A model generated the notes under the pieces. It saw only the letters and a list, made by a program, of their open reading frames with translations, made no database searches and had not been told where the DNA came from. Position numbers and translations under genes: made by a program. Shown piece by piece: positions 1 to 12,179 of a stretch of 64,000 bases of DNA (the stretch's first letter is position 1; the number at the start of each line of letters is the position of its first letter). Origin of the DNA: Eledone cirrhosa (lineage: Eukaryota); the NCBI GenBank assembly GCA_964016885.1, contig OZ024764.1:13268001-13332000 (forward strand). Direction: 5' to 3'.

Positions 1-459
1 GGAAGTAAATCTGTTAATGCAGCGAAGAAAAGCAGGAGGAGTTATTTCCCTTTGAACGTTAGACGAAACGGTTGAAAAAGTTACGATTGAACGACACCAA
101 GTAACTACTTGGGCGATCTACCAGTTAAAGATATATTGAACAAAATAAATAAATAAATAAAACCTGACCCAAAAGGACCAAAGTGTCTGCCCCGCACCCA
201 TTTATGACTTTATAATGAGACATTGCGAGTGAAAAAACATGGAAAAGATGTGAAAGTAAACTTCGTACATACCTTATGTAAACAAACATTCCAAGTTTAC
301 TAAGCAGACGATAGTTACTGGTCTATGTGTGTGTATGTATATATATATGTGTGTGTGTGTATGTATTTATATATGTGTATCTATATATAAATGTATATTT
401 ATATATATATATAATGTCCGTGTTTCCGTATGTGTGCATATGTATATGAGTCTATGTGT

Positions 460-523
<64 letters not shown>

Positions 524-635
524 ATATATATAAATGTGTGCATGCAACTCAAATGGGACGACCCGTCTAACCCATGCTAGCGTGGAAAATGGACGTTAAA
601 AGGTGATGATAATGATGATATATATATATATATAA

Positions 636-693
<58 letters not shown>

Positions 694-863
694 ATGAGAT
701 CTTATGTGTATATATGATTGAATATGGACATATGCGTTCGTATATTTGTATGTGAGTGTTTGCATTCGCGCGGCTAAATGCACGACTTCCGGTTCACCTG
801 CCACTATCACCAATGTACCTACTCTTACTTCATCCCATCTATTAGTTCTCTCTCTCTCTCTCT

Positions 864-904
<41 letters not shown>

Positions 905-912
<8 letters not shown>

Positions 913-1144
913 GAAGTTATATTTAATTTGTTGGGATACAACAAGCAAATATTTTTATAACTGATATAAAGCACTCAACAAATTATTGGAGTAAAAATAC
1001 GATATATTAACAAATGGAAACTATATTTATAAAACCATATTTATTTCATTATACATATTTCAAGGACACCAAGGCAAATTATGGTGCGCTTTCATCAGAT
1101 AAAATATAATATAGATCAGTTTTATAAATAAATATTGACATACC
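905..1144 (-). mobile_element. ~240-bp hammerhead-carrying dispersed repeat (Penelope pLTR/retrozyme-like)
   Basis: Reverse complement of 6339-6572. Abuts (TA)n. Confidence 0.7.
1042..1106 (-). ncRNA. Type I hammerhead ribozyme
   Basis: Minus strand: tattttat CTGATGA aagcgcacca-taatttgcct-tggtgtcctt GAAA tatgta TA atgaaata. Stems I and II pair. Confidence 0.85.
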
Positions 1145-1808
1145 CTTAAAGAATGCGACCATTTCTCGCGGATATTTATTTATTTATTTATTTATTTATT
1201 GATTAACAAAATTTACATGGGGACGGGAAGCTAAAAAGAATCAATCTATTAGTTCCTATCAGAAGCCCTCAGCCAACGTGTCTCACACACAAGGGGTGAA
1301 ATAGCAGTTCACATTGATATAAAATAGAATGGTAGCATTTGGTTCATGTCTCCAAGCCCCATGGCTAGAGGAAAGCAATGGTAATATATATATATATGTG
1401 TGTGTGTGTATGTATATATGTATATATCATCATCATCATCATCATCATCGTTTAACGTCCATCTTCCACGCTAGCATGGGTTAGACGAGAGTTGTCCCAC
1501 TTGAAGCAAGATTGGTTGGGTGACCGTGTCTCACTCGTATAGGACTGTCTGGTGGGTTTTCTACAGCTAGATGCCCTTCCTAACACCAACCACGTTTACA
1601 GTGCGGACTGGGAGGTTTTTACAGCGTTACCTACATGGCCACATTACAGCGTGGCCTGTGTGCTTTTTTTGTCGTGACCCCTACACAATCTCGATCTCAT
1701 TATCACATTTCTGTATATATATATATATGTATATATATAATATTGTATTCGTTGAGTAATCAACAAACAATATTAATCTTTGGTTATATATATATACATA
1801 TATATATA

Positions 1809-2665
1809 CAGGGTGCAGACGACATCTGTTCGCAATTTTCAACTGCTAATTTTATGCAAATTATTTTACTTCCGTTGTCACTCTTGTCTTCATAAAAACA
1901 GTGACTATATTTCCATTATTTATTTTCTGAATAATTGCTTATGAATAATTTTGAACCTCCAAGTTCTTGGAATCCGCGCCGGGAGGACAAATAAGGAAAT
2001 TTCAGACTTTCTCAGCGTCAGCAGGAGAATGGTATCTCAGCCAAAGACGTGCCCAGAGTCATGCAGACAAAGTTTCCAGCGACAACATTGGTCGTAGGTG
2101 TCGTCAGCAGTCAAGGTGACGTCATGCCACTTCACTTCTTCCCTGAGGGCCTCAAGCTGAACACCGATGGCTAAATCCGCGTTCTGAGCGAGGTAGTAAA
2201 GCCCTGGATCAACTAGGTAGCTTCAGGTAGGCCTTACGTGTGGCAGCAAGACTCAGGGCCCTGCCATACCAGCCAAAAGACCCAAGCCTGGCTGTCAGAG
2301 AACTTCATCGACCACACTTCACCTGACATCTGTCCTCCCAGCTCGCCTGACTGCAACCCCCTTGACTTCTTTGTGTGGGTGCAGTGGAATGAGACACCAA
2401 CAGATCTAGCTGCAATACGAAAGACGATCTGAAGGCCAGGATCACAAGTGCCTTTAGGGGCCTAAGTCGGGGGGACAGTGACAAAGGCCTGTAGTCGGTT
2501 CCGAGGCCGTCATCAAAGCCAATGGCGGGTTTATCGAGTGAGATCGAAAGAACAAGTCATGAAGACAAACTGACCCAAGTTTGATAAATATATCTTAAAA
2601 AATAAAACTACTGTCTTATTTTTTCCTAGACAGTAATCTTGCGAACAGATATCGTCCGCACCCTG
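1809..2665 (+). mobile_element. Internally deleted Tc1/mariner DD37D (maT-like) transposon
   Basis: TIRs cagggtgcagacgacatctgttcgcaa / ttgcgaacagatatcgtccgcaccctg in TA context. Peptide WQQDSGPCH...SPDCNPLD has 37 residues between the two Asp. Confidence 0.88.
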
Positions 2666-2739
2666 TATATATATATATATCTGTCTGTATGTGTGTGTGC
2701 ATAAAAATCTAAAATTCTTTTGCCATTTCCACCTGACAG

Positions 2740-2811
2740 CGCAAGTTCAAAGCAGAGACTGAAGTAGAAAATTGGATACAAAAATATGATCAAGATATGG
2801 GCCAGCTGCAG
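2740..2811 (+). CDS. IQCD: IQCD/DRC10 penultimate coding exon (RKFKAETEVENWIQKYDQDMGQLQ)
   Basis: Acceptor cacctgacag, donor CAG|gtatgt, 72 nt, phase 0-0. The peptide matches the remembered IQCD motif 'KVETEIENWIQKYD.EMG.KQ' and joins in frame to the exon at 11196. Confidence 0.88.
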
Positions 2812-2881
2812 GTATGTCTATCCATCTACCTATCAACCTACCTATTTATCTATCTATCTATCTACCTACAAACCTACCTAT

Positions 2882-2936
<55 letters not shown>

Positions 2937-2955
2937 CCTACCAACCTACCTATCT

Positions 2956-4891
2956 TTCCTGAGACATTCCAACCACATGTCTGTAGTATCAGAGCTGTGA
3001 TCTCTCAATTCAGAGATTCTTTCCTGAGACATTCTAACCACATGTCTGTAGTATCGGAGCTGTGATCTCTCAATTCAGAGATTCTTTCCTGAGACATTCT
3101 AACCACATGTCTGTAGTATTGGAGCTGTGATCTCTCAATTCAGAGATTCTTTCCTCAGACATTCTAACCACATGTCCATAGTATCGGAGCTGTGACCTCT
3201 CAATTCAGAGATTCTTTCCTGAGACATTCTAACCACATGTCCATAGTATCACAGCTGTGATCTCTCAATTCAGAGATTCTTTCCTGAGATATTCTAACCA
3301 CATGTCTGTAGTATCAGAGCTGTGATCTCTCAATCCAGAGATTCTTTCCTCAGACATTCTAACCACATGTCTGTAGTATCAGAGCTGTGATCTCTCAATT
3401 CAGAGATTCTTTCCTGAGACATTCTAACCCCATGTCTGTAGTATCAGAGCTGTGATCTCTCAATTCAGAGATTCTTTCCTGAGACATTCTAACCACGTCT
3501 GTAGTATCAGAGCTGTGATCTCTCAATTCAGAGATTCTTTCCTCAGACATTCTAACCACATGTCTGTGGTATCGGAGCTGTGATCTCTCAATTCAGAGAT
3601 TCTTACCTGAGACATTCTAACCACATGTCTGTAGTATCAGAGCTGTGATCTCTCAATTCAGAGATTCTTACCTGAGACATTCTAACCCCATGTCTGTAGT
3701 ATCAGAGCTGTGATCTCTCAATTCAGAGATTCTTACCTGAGACATTCTAACCACATGTCTGTAGTATCAGAGCTGTGATCTCTCAATACAGAGATTCTTT
3801 CCTGAGACATTCTAACCACATGTCTGTAGTATCAGAGCTGTGATCCCTCAATACAGAGATTCTTTCCTGAGACATTCTAACTACATGTCTGTAGTATCAG
3901 AGCTGTGGTCTCTCAATTCAGAGATTCTTTCCTGAGACATTCTAACCACATGTCTGTAGTATCAGAGCTGTGATCTCTCAATTCATAGATTCTTTCCTGA
4001 GACATTCTAACCACATGTCTGTAGTATCAGAGCTGTGATCTCTCAATACAGAGATTCTTTCCTGAGACATTCTAACCACATGTCTGTAGTATCAGAGCTG
4101 TGATCCCTCAATACAGAGATTCTTTCCTGAGACATTCTAACTACATGTCTGTAGTATCAGAGCTGTGGTCTCTCAATTCATAGATTCTTTCCTGAGACAT
4201 TCTAACCACATGTCTGTAGTATCAGAGCTGTGATCTCTCAATCCAGAGATTCTAACCTGAGACATTCTAACCACATGTCTGTAGTATCATAGCTGTGATC
4301 TCTCAATTCAGAGATTCTTACCTGAGACATTCTAACCACATGTCTGTAGTATCAGAGCTGTGGTCTCTCAATTCATAGATTCTTTCCTGAGACATTCTAA
4401 CCACATGTCTGTAGTATCAGAGCTGTGCTCTCTCAATTCAGAGATTCTTTCCTGAGACATTCTAACCACATGTCTGTAGTATCAGAACTGTGGTCTCTCA
4501 ATTCAGAGATTCTTTCCTGAGACATTCTAACCACATGTCTGTAGTATCAGAGCTGTGATCTCTCAATTCAGAGATTCTAACCTGAGACATTCTAACCACA
4601 TGTCTGTAGTATCATAGCTGTGATCTCTCAATCCAGAGATTCTAACCTGAGACATTCTAACCACATGTCTGTAGTATCAGAGCTGTGATCTCTCAATTCA
4701 GAGATTCTTTCCTGAGACATTCTAACCACATGTCTGTAGTATCAGAGCTGTGGTCCCTCAATTCAGAGATTCTTTCCTGAGACATTCTAACCACATGTCT
4801 GTAGTATCAGAGCTGTGATCCCTCAATACAGAGATTCTTTCCTGAGACATTCTAACTACATGTCTGTAGTATGAGAGCTGTGATCTCTCAA
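2956..4891. repeat. 65-bp tandem array derived from a LINE ORF2 segment
   Basis: Unit ttcctgagacattctaaccacatgtctgtagtatcagagctgtgatctctcaattcagagattct, about 30 copies. Confidence 0.95.
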
Positions 4892-5364
4892 TTTGGAGAA
4901 GTAGCGGACATATTCTTCTAATAAACATATTTAACCTGTATTCAATACATGTGTGGAAGTGGTGTCGGACTGAGTCTCCGCCACCACCAACTAACTTACC
5001 CTCCACCTGGCTGACAGGATGGAGAATGCATTACTCCGGATGATCAGCAAGGAAGATGTGCTGAAATAGCCTTTCTACCTTGTGGGGCTCACACCTGCAA
5101 GCAGCCAACTGTGCTCTGAGAGCAGTTGAGTAGGGATTTGGTCTATGAGGGCCAGAGAACCTTGAGGGCTCACCCACAGACCAGCAAAGTATCCAGGTTC
5201 TATAGCTCACACCAAAAACAGAAGAGTGTATAACCTTGATAACCGCTAAACAGTGAGAAATGTGTCGGTTATTCTGGATAGGAGGCTATAGTCACTCCCT
5301 TATATTCATAGCGAAAGTTCTTCAAAATGTTTTCAAATAGGCATACAGTATATTATTAAATTAT

Positions 5365-5556
5365 GCGGTGGATTGGCAGTATCGGTAGAGGGTCGGACGC
5401 CATGCTTTCCAGCATAGAGTTACGTCCCTTTACGATCTGAGTTCAAATCCCGCCGAGGTGAACTTTGCCTTTCATCCTTACGAGGTCGATAAAATAAAGT
5501 ACCAGTAATACACTGGGTAATTGCTGGCCTTGTGCCAAAAGTAGAAACAATTATTA
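5365..5556 (+). mobile_element. tRNA-head SINE family B; copies at 23341-23531, 24400-24787, 29465-29652, 31967-32154, 33765-33947, 46088-46293, 49175-49650 and 54033-54648
   Basis: B box gagttcaaatccc, conserved gcctttcatccttacggggtcgataaaat, end gtagaaacaattatt. Confidence 0.88.
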
Positions 5557-5604
5557 AATATACAATATGCACATTCATATATACATAGCTATTTCCGAGC
5601 GCCA

Positions 5605-5685
<81 letters not shown>

Positions 5686-5719
5686 TATATATATATATGA
5701 CATATCTAAGAACTGACTA

Positions 5720-5775
5720 ACTGCCTGAGGAGGTCATAGCCATTCAATGGCTATCATCGAAATATATATACCAGT
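5720..5775 (+). ncRNA. Type I hammerhead ribozyme (variant flanks)
   Basis: actgc CTGAGGA ggtcatagccat-tca-atggctatcatc GAAA tatata TA ccagt. The first stem I pair is mismatched. Confidence 0.75.
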
Positions 5776-5815
5776 AAATAAACGATTATGAGTTCATGCA
5801 ATTGACTTATATTTC

Positions 5816-5909
<94 letters not shown>

Positions 5910-6338
5910 ACGTACATACATATATGTATACAGACGTACAGTAGTATGTATATATATATATATATATATACATACATGCACACATATATACATGTACGTA
6001 CGGATTCACCATATATGTTGCTGACGATAGCTAATAAGCTTGAAACTAGAACACCGTTCCTTTGTCAGTGTTGAATAAATGAGCAACGATGGTTGCTAGA
6101 CACTGTACGGCTTAATACGGGCTGTTTGTTTGTTTACAAACACACCGAGCATTATAATAAATGTTCGGTGAATCCATGCGTACATATATCTATGTGTGCA
6201 TGTATATATATATACATACTACTGTACGTCTGTAAACATATATGTATGTACGTATACATACTTATATTTAAGTAACAGCCGTACTAAGATTGGAAGCCTA
6301 TCCAGGAAGCTCCAACCGTTAAGGTTGTCTTTTTTCCG

Positions 6339-6572
6339 GGTATGTCAATATTTATTTATAAAACAAATCTGTATTTTATCTGATGAAAGCGCACAATAAT
6401 TTACCTTGGTTGCTCTTGAAATATATATAATAAAATAAATATGGTTTTATAAATATAGTTTCCATTTATTAATATATTGTGTATTTACTCCACTAATTTG
6501 TTGAGTGCTTTATATCAGTTATAAAAATGTTTGCTTGTTGTATCCCAACAATTTAAATAGAACTTCTACATA
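6339..6572 (+). mobile_element. ~240-bp hammerhead-carrying dispersed repeat; partial copies at 9160-9250, 12197-12281 (-) and 62583-62730
   Basis: Copies share the ggtatgtc start and/or the post-ribozyme segment aatatggttttataaatatagtttccatt. Confidence 0.7.
6372..6437 (+). ncRNA. Type I hammerhead ribozyme
   Basis: tattttat CTGATGA aagcgca...tgctctt GAAA tatata TA ataaaata. Perfect 8-bp stem I. Confidence 0.85.
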
Positions 6573-6850
6573 TTTCACCATTTTTTTTTCACCATTTTAC
6601 GTCCACTTTTCCCTGCTTGAAAGGGTGGGACGGGAACTGATTCTGGCTTGATTTCTACAGCTGGATGCCCTTCCTAACACCAACCTCATTTACAGTGAGT
6701 GCTGGGTGCTTTTTTGCCGTGGCACCTCCACGACCACTTTGCAGTGGAATGATAGGGACCCCAGTCCCTATCATCTCATTTCTACAGCTGAGTAAACTGG
6801 AGCAATGTGAATTAAAGTGTCTTGCTCAAGGAAACAACACATCACCGAGT

Positions 6851-8496
6851 CATTATGATAGATTACTAAATGAGGAGAATGCATGGGAAGAAGAGACCCT
6901 ACCCCAAGTAGACCCTATAGAGGGACCAGCAGTACAAGTCAGCAGCAGCATAGTAAGTAAGGCAATCAAAGATATGAAGATGGGGAAGGCAACCGGTCCA
7001 TCGGGTATAGCTGCCGAGATGCTGAAGGCATCTGGGTCTGTAGGTCACACTATAACCACACGTATCGTTAACCAGGTAATACTAGAAGGTGCCATACCAA
7101 AAGATTGGTGCAGTAGCATCATTGTCAACTGCTACAAAGGTAAAGGCGATGCACTAGATAGAGGAAATTATAGAGGTATAAAGTTGATGGACCAGGTCAT
7201 GAAAGTAGCAGAAAGAGTTATAGCACAGCTGATTAGGGACCAGGAAGAGGCACCACTGATGCCCTCTTCCTTGTGAGGCAATTACAGGAAAAGTACCTAG
7301 CTAAAAGTAAGCCACTCTACTTGGCATTTGTCGACCTTGAGAAAGCCATTGACAGAGTTCCACGTGCTGTAATCTGGTGGGCTCTTAGAAAACTAGGAGT
7401 AGATGAATGGCTTGTGAAAGCGGTACAAGCCATGTATAGGGGAGCAGTCAGCAAAGTTAGGATTAGCAATGAGTATAGCGAGGAATTTAGCGTACAGGTT
7501 GGGGTCCACCAGGGCTCTGTTCTTAGCCCTCTCCTGTTCATCATAGTCCTGCAGGCAATAACGGAGGAGTTTAAGACCGGATGCCCATGAGAACTCCTGT
7601 ATGCTGATGACCTCGCACTCATAGCTGAATCTATGGTAGAACTAGAGAATAAATTCCAAACTTGGAAGCAGGGACTAGAAAGAAAGGGTCTCAAAGTCAA
7701 CATGACAAAGACTAAGGTCCTTGTAAGTAGACGAGAAAACAGAACCCAGATCCCCTCAGGGAAATGGCCTTGCTCAGTATGTAGGAAAAGTGTAGGTAGG
7801 AACTCCATTCTCTGCCCCAAATGCAAACAATGGGTACACAAGAGATGTAGCGGGATCTCAGGAAGCTTAATTAAGAATGTAGGATTCACATGCAGCAGCT
7901 GTGCTGAGACAGCAAGCAGCAAACAGCCACAGGAAACAAGTACCACCAATCTCTGGGAGGGCCCTGTAGAAACAGTAGACAGCTTCTGCTACCTAGGTGA
8001 CCGAATTAGCAGCGGAGGTGGGTGTTCAGAAAGTACAATAACTAGGGTAAGAACGGGATGGAAGAAGTTTAGGGAACTACTACCACTGCTAGCTGCAAAA
8101 GGCTTCTCCCTCAGAATGAAAGCAGACTGTATGATGCGTGTATCCGAACAGCGATGTTGCATGGTAGTGAGACCTGGGCGCTGAAGGTGGAAGACTTACG
8201 TAGATTAGAGAGAAACGAAGCCTGCATGCTCCGATGGATGTGTAACAGTAATATACGTGAACGACAAAGCATAAATGAATTGTGAGAGAGACTGAGCATA
8301 AGAGGAATCAAATGCTGTGTGCAGGAGAGGCGGTTGCGCTGGTATGGACATGTGATGCGTATGAAGGATGACAGCTGCATAAAAAGGTGCAGAAGTTGAT
8401 GGAAACCGTGGAGTGGGGAGACCCAAGATGACCTGGGATGAGGTGATAAAAGCCGACCTTACCCAATTGCACCTCTCAAAGACAATGACACACGAC
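6851..8496 (+). mobile_element. RTE-clade LINE RT fragment, degraded
   Basis: AFVDLEKA.DRVP, GVHQGSVLSP and YADD motifs. Stop codon, deletion and frameshifts present. Confidence 0.92.
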
Positions 8497-9178
8497 CACT
8501 TTACAGTGTGGGCTGGGTGCCTTTTTGCCATGGCACCTCCACGACCACTTTACAGTGTGGGCTGGGTGCTTTTTTTGCCGTGGCGCCTCCATGACCACTT
8601 TACAGTGTGGGCTGGGTGCTTTTTTGCCATGGCACCTCCATGATCACTTTACAGTGTGGGCTGGGTGCTTCTTTGCCATGGCGCCTCCATGACCACTTTA
8701 CAGTGTGGGCTGGGTGCTTTTTTGCCGTGGCGCCTCCATTACCACTTTACAGTGTGGGCTGGGTGCTTTTTTATCCTTAGTGGTTAGAGCCATGTGCCAT
8801 ACATATGCAATCGAAAGGTTGTGAGTTCAATTCTCAGACTGGGTGATGTGTTGCTTCCTTGAGCAAGACACTTTATTTCACATTGCTCCAGTTTACTCAG
8901 CTGTAGAAATGAGATGATAGGGACTGGGGTCCCTATCATTCCACTGCAAAGTGGTCGTGGAGGTGCCACGGCAAAAAAGCACCCAGCACTCACTGTAAAT
9001 GAGGTTGGTGTTAGGAAGGGCATCCAGCTGTAGAAATCAAGCCAGAATCAGTTCCTGTCCCACCCTTGCTAGCAGGGAAAAGCGGACGTAAAATGAAATG
9101 ATGATGGTGATGATGATGTATGACTACCATGACTGAATCTTAACCATCTACTAAGTCACGGTATGTCATGCATCATCT

Positions 9179-9245
9179 TATTTTATCTGATGAGGACGTA
9201 CTGTTGAAGATAGCTCAGTACCTCTGAAATATGTATAATAAAATA
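9179..9245 (+). ncRNA. Type I hammerhead ribozyme
   Basis: tattttat CTGATGA ggacgtactg-ttgaagatagct-cagtacctct GAAA tatgta TA ataaaata. Confidence 0.88.
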
Positions 9246-9288
9246 TACTTGATCACACGAATGTCTATATTTGTTGATATTTTGAATT

Positions 9289-9437
<149 letters not shown>

Positions 9438-9494
9438 TATATTCATTCATTACATATATTGTTTTTTATTTATATTTATTTCATATGCTGTCAA

Positions 9495-11185
9495 CACCAT
9501 GCCATGCTGTACCTTGCTGTACCATGTCATACCACGCTGTACCACACCACACCATACCATGCTGTACCACACCACACCACACCATACCACGCTGTACCAC
9601 ACCATACCATGCTGTACCACACCACACCACATCATACCATGCTGTACCAACCACACCACACTGTACCACACCACACCACACCATACCATGCTGTACCACA
9701 CCACACCATGCTGTACCACACCGCACCATGCTGTACCACACCACACCACACTGTACCACACCACACCACACCATACCATGCTGTACCACACCACACCACA
9801 CCATACCATGCTGTACCACACCACACCACACCATACCATGCTGTACCACACCACACCACACTGTACCACACCACACCACACCATACCATGCTGTACCACA
9901 CCACACCATGCTGTACCACACCACACCATGCTGTACCACACCACACCACACTGTACCACACCACACCACACCATACCATGCTGTACCACACCACACCACA
10001 CTGTACCACACCACACCACACCATACCATGCTGTACCACACCACACCATACCATGCTGTACCACACCATACCGTGCTGTACCACACTGTACCACACCACA
10101 CCATGCTGTACCACACCACACCACACCATACCATGCTGTACCACACCACACCACACCATGCTGTACCACACCACACCACACCATGCTGTACCACACCACA
10201 CCATACCATGCTGTACCACACCACACCATACCATGCTGTACCACACCACACCACACCATGCTGTACCACACCACACCACACTGTACCACACCACACCACA
10301 CCATACCATGCTGTACCACACCACACCACACCATACCATGCTGTACCACACCACACCACACCACACCATGCTGTACCACACCACACCACACTGTACCACA
10401 CCACACCACACCATACCATGCTGTACCACACCACACCATACCATGCTGTACCACACCACACCATGCTGTACCACACCACACCATGCTGTACCACACCACA
10501 CCACACCATACCATGCTGTACCACACCACACCACACCATACCATGCTGTACCACACCACACCATGCTGTACCACACCACACCACACTGTACCACACCACA
10601 CCACACCATACCATGCTGTACCACACCACACCACACCATACCATGCTGTACCACACCACACCACACTGTACCACACCACACCACACCATACCATGCTGTA
10701 CCACACCACACCATACCATGCTGTACCACACCACACCACACCATACCATGATGTACCACACCACAATACACCATACCATGATGTACCACACCACACCACA
10801 CCATACCATGCTGTACCACACCACACCACACCATACCATGATGTACCACACCACAATACACCATACCATGCTGTACCACACCACACCACACCATACCATG
10901 CTGTACCACACCACACCACACCATACCATGCTGTACCACACCACACCACACCATACCATGATGTACCACACCACACCACACCATACCATGCTGTACCACA
11001 CCACACCACACCATACCATGATGTACCACACACCACACCATACCATGCTGTACCACACCACACCACACCACACCACGCTGTACCACACCACACCACACCA
11101 TACCATGCTGTACCACACCACACCACACCATACCATGCTGTACCACACCACACCACACCATACCACACCACACCACACCACACCA
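9495..11185. repeat. Compound pentanucleotide microsatellite (CCACA/CCATA/CCATG/CTGTA)n
   Basis: Direct inspection. Confidence 0.97.
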
Positions 11186-11195
11186 ATCGGTGCAG

Positions 11196-11558
11196 GACGA
11201 ATACGAGACCATAGAAAAGATCTATACGGAGGAGAAGAGACAGTTGACGGAGCTGGAGGAAAGGTTCCGGGTACTCGAGGTGGAGTACCTCAAGATCTGC
11301 TCAGAACGGGATGAGGCCCGAAAGGGTCGCGAGGAGTCGGAACGGAACTTGATGATGATGGCGCGCGCGGCCACCACAATCCAGGCCTTCTGGCGGTCGT
11401 ACAAGGTGCGCAAGGTGCTCTTCAAGAAGAAGAAGACGGCGGACAGAGAGAGCGGCAAAAAGAAGAAGGGCAGGAAGAAGGGTGGGGTGGTGGGGACTGG
11501 AAAAAAGGGCTCGGCGCTGCCGACGGGGAAAAAGAAGCTGCCGGGGAAGAAGGCATAG
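11196..11558 (+). CDS. IQCD: IQCD/DRC10 last coding exon (coiled coil, IQ motif AATTIQAFWRSYKVRK, Lys-rich tail)
   Basis: Acceptor cggtgcag|GAC, ORF to TAG at 11558. An IQ motif followed by a basic KKKKG tail is the typical DRC10 C-terminus. Confidence 0.9.
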   Translation, partial: DEYETIEKIYTEEKRQLTELEERFRVLEVEYLKICSERDEARKGREESERNLMMMARAATTIQAFWRSYKVRKVLFKKKKTADRESGKKKKGRKKGGVVGTGKKGSALPTGKKKLPGKKA

Positions 11559-11615
11559 GTTTTTTTTTGTTGTTGTTGTTGTTTGTTTTTTTTTTTTTTT
11601 TTTTTGTTTTATATA

Positions 11616-12179
11616 CAGGGGTTGGACTAAATAATGGAAACACCTAGCATCATAATTTTGAAATATCTATAAAACCGTCAAAAGCTTGTTTATTTTTATT
11701 GATCTCGAGGTGGTCATTAAGCTCTGCAGTAATTTTGGGAGCTGTACTTTTGTGATCCTTTCTAACAATTCGCGTAAGAGTCCGACGGTCCCTATCTGAA
11801 AGTTTTGGTTGTCTTCCGGACGTTCTGTTTCGACGAGGAGGTGTTTCCCTCTTTCTCAAAGGCTGTCATTACTTTCGAGACAGTACTTCTTCATACACCA
11901 AACATTTCGGATGTTTTCGTTACGCTATCGTCTGCCATACGAGCACCAACAATTTGACCTCCTTGAAAGTCTGATAGCTTTGTCATTTTAATGAATTTTA
12001 ATTACCTTTTTATGATTGATGATATCTGAAAATAAACAGCAATTTTAACAAAACATATTAAGCAACACTAATAATAAATTAAAAAACATAAAAATAAACA
12101 AGCTTTTGACAGTTTTATAGATATTTCAAAATTATGATGCTATGATGCTAGGTGTTTCCATTATTTTGTCCAACCCCTG
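11616..12179 (-). mobile_element. Non-autonomous Tc1 element with ~85-bp TIRs
   Basis: caggggttggactaaataatggaaacacc... / ...ggtgtttccattattttgtccaacccctg. Internal SGRQPKLSDRDRRTLTRIVRKD Tc1 HTH fragment. Confidence 0.88.

Noticed and set aside
2956-4891. CRISPR-like appearance of the regular repeats
   Set aside because: There are no unique spacers and no cas genes, and the context is eukaryotic. These are tandem satellites.
5365-5460. tRNA gene
   Set aside because: The A/B boxes belong to multi-copy SINE heads and no full cloverleaf forms.
9450-11314. Six long ORFs of 430-609 aa
   Set aside because: They are translations of a pentanucleotide microsatellite that is open in all frames.
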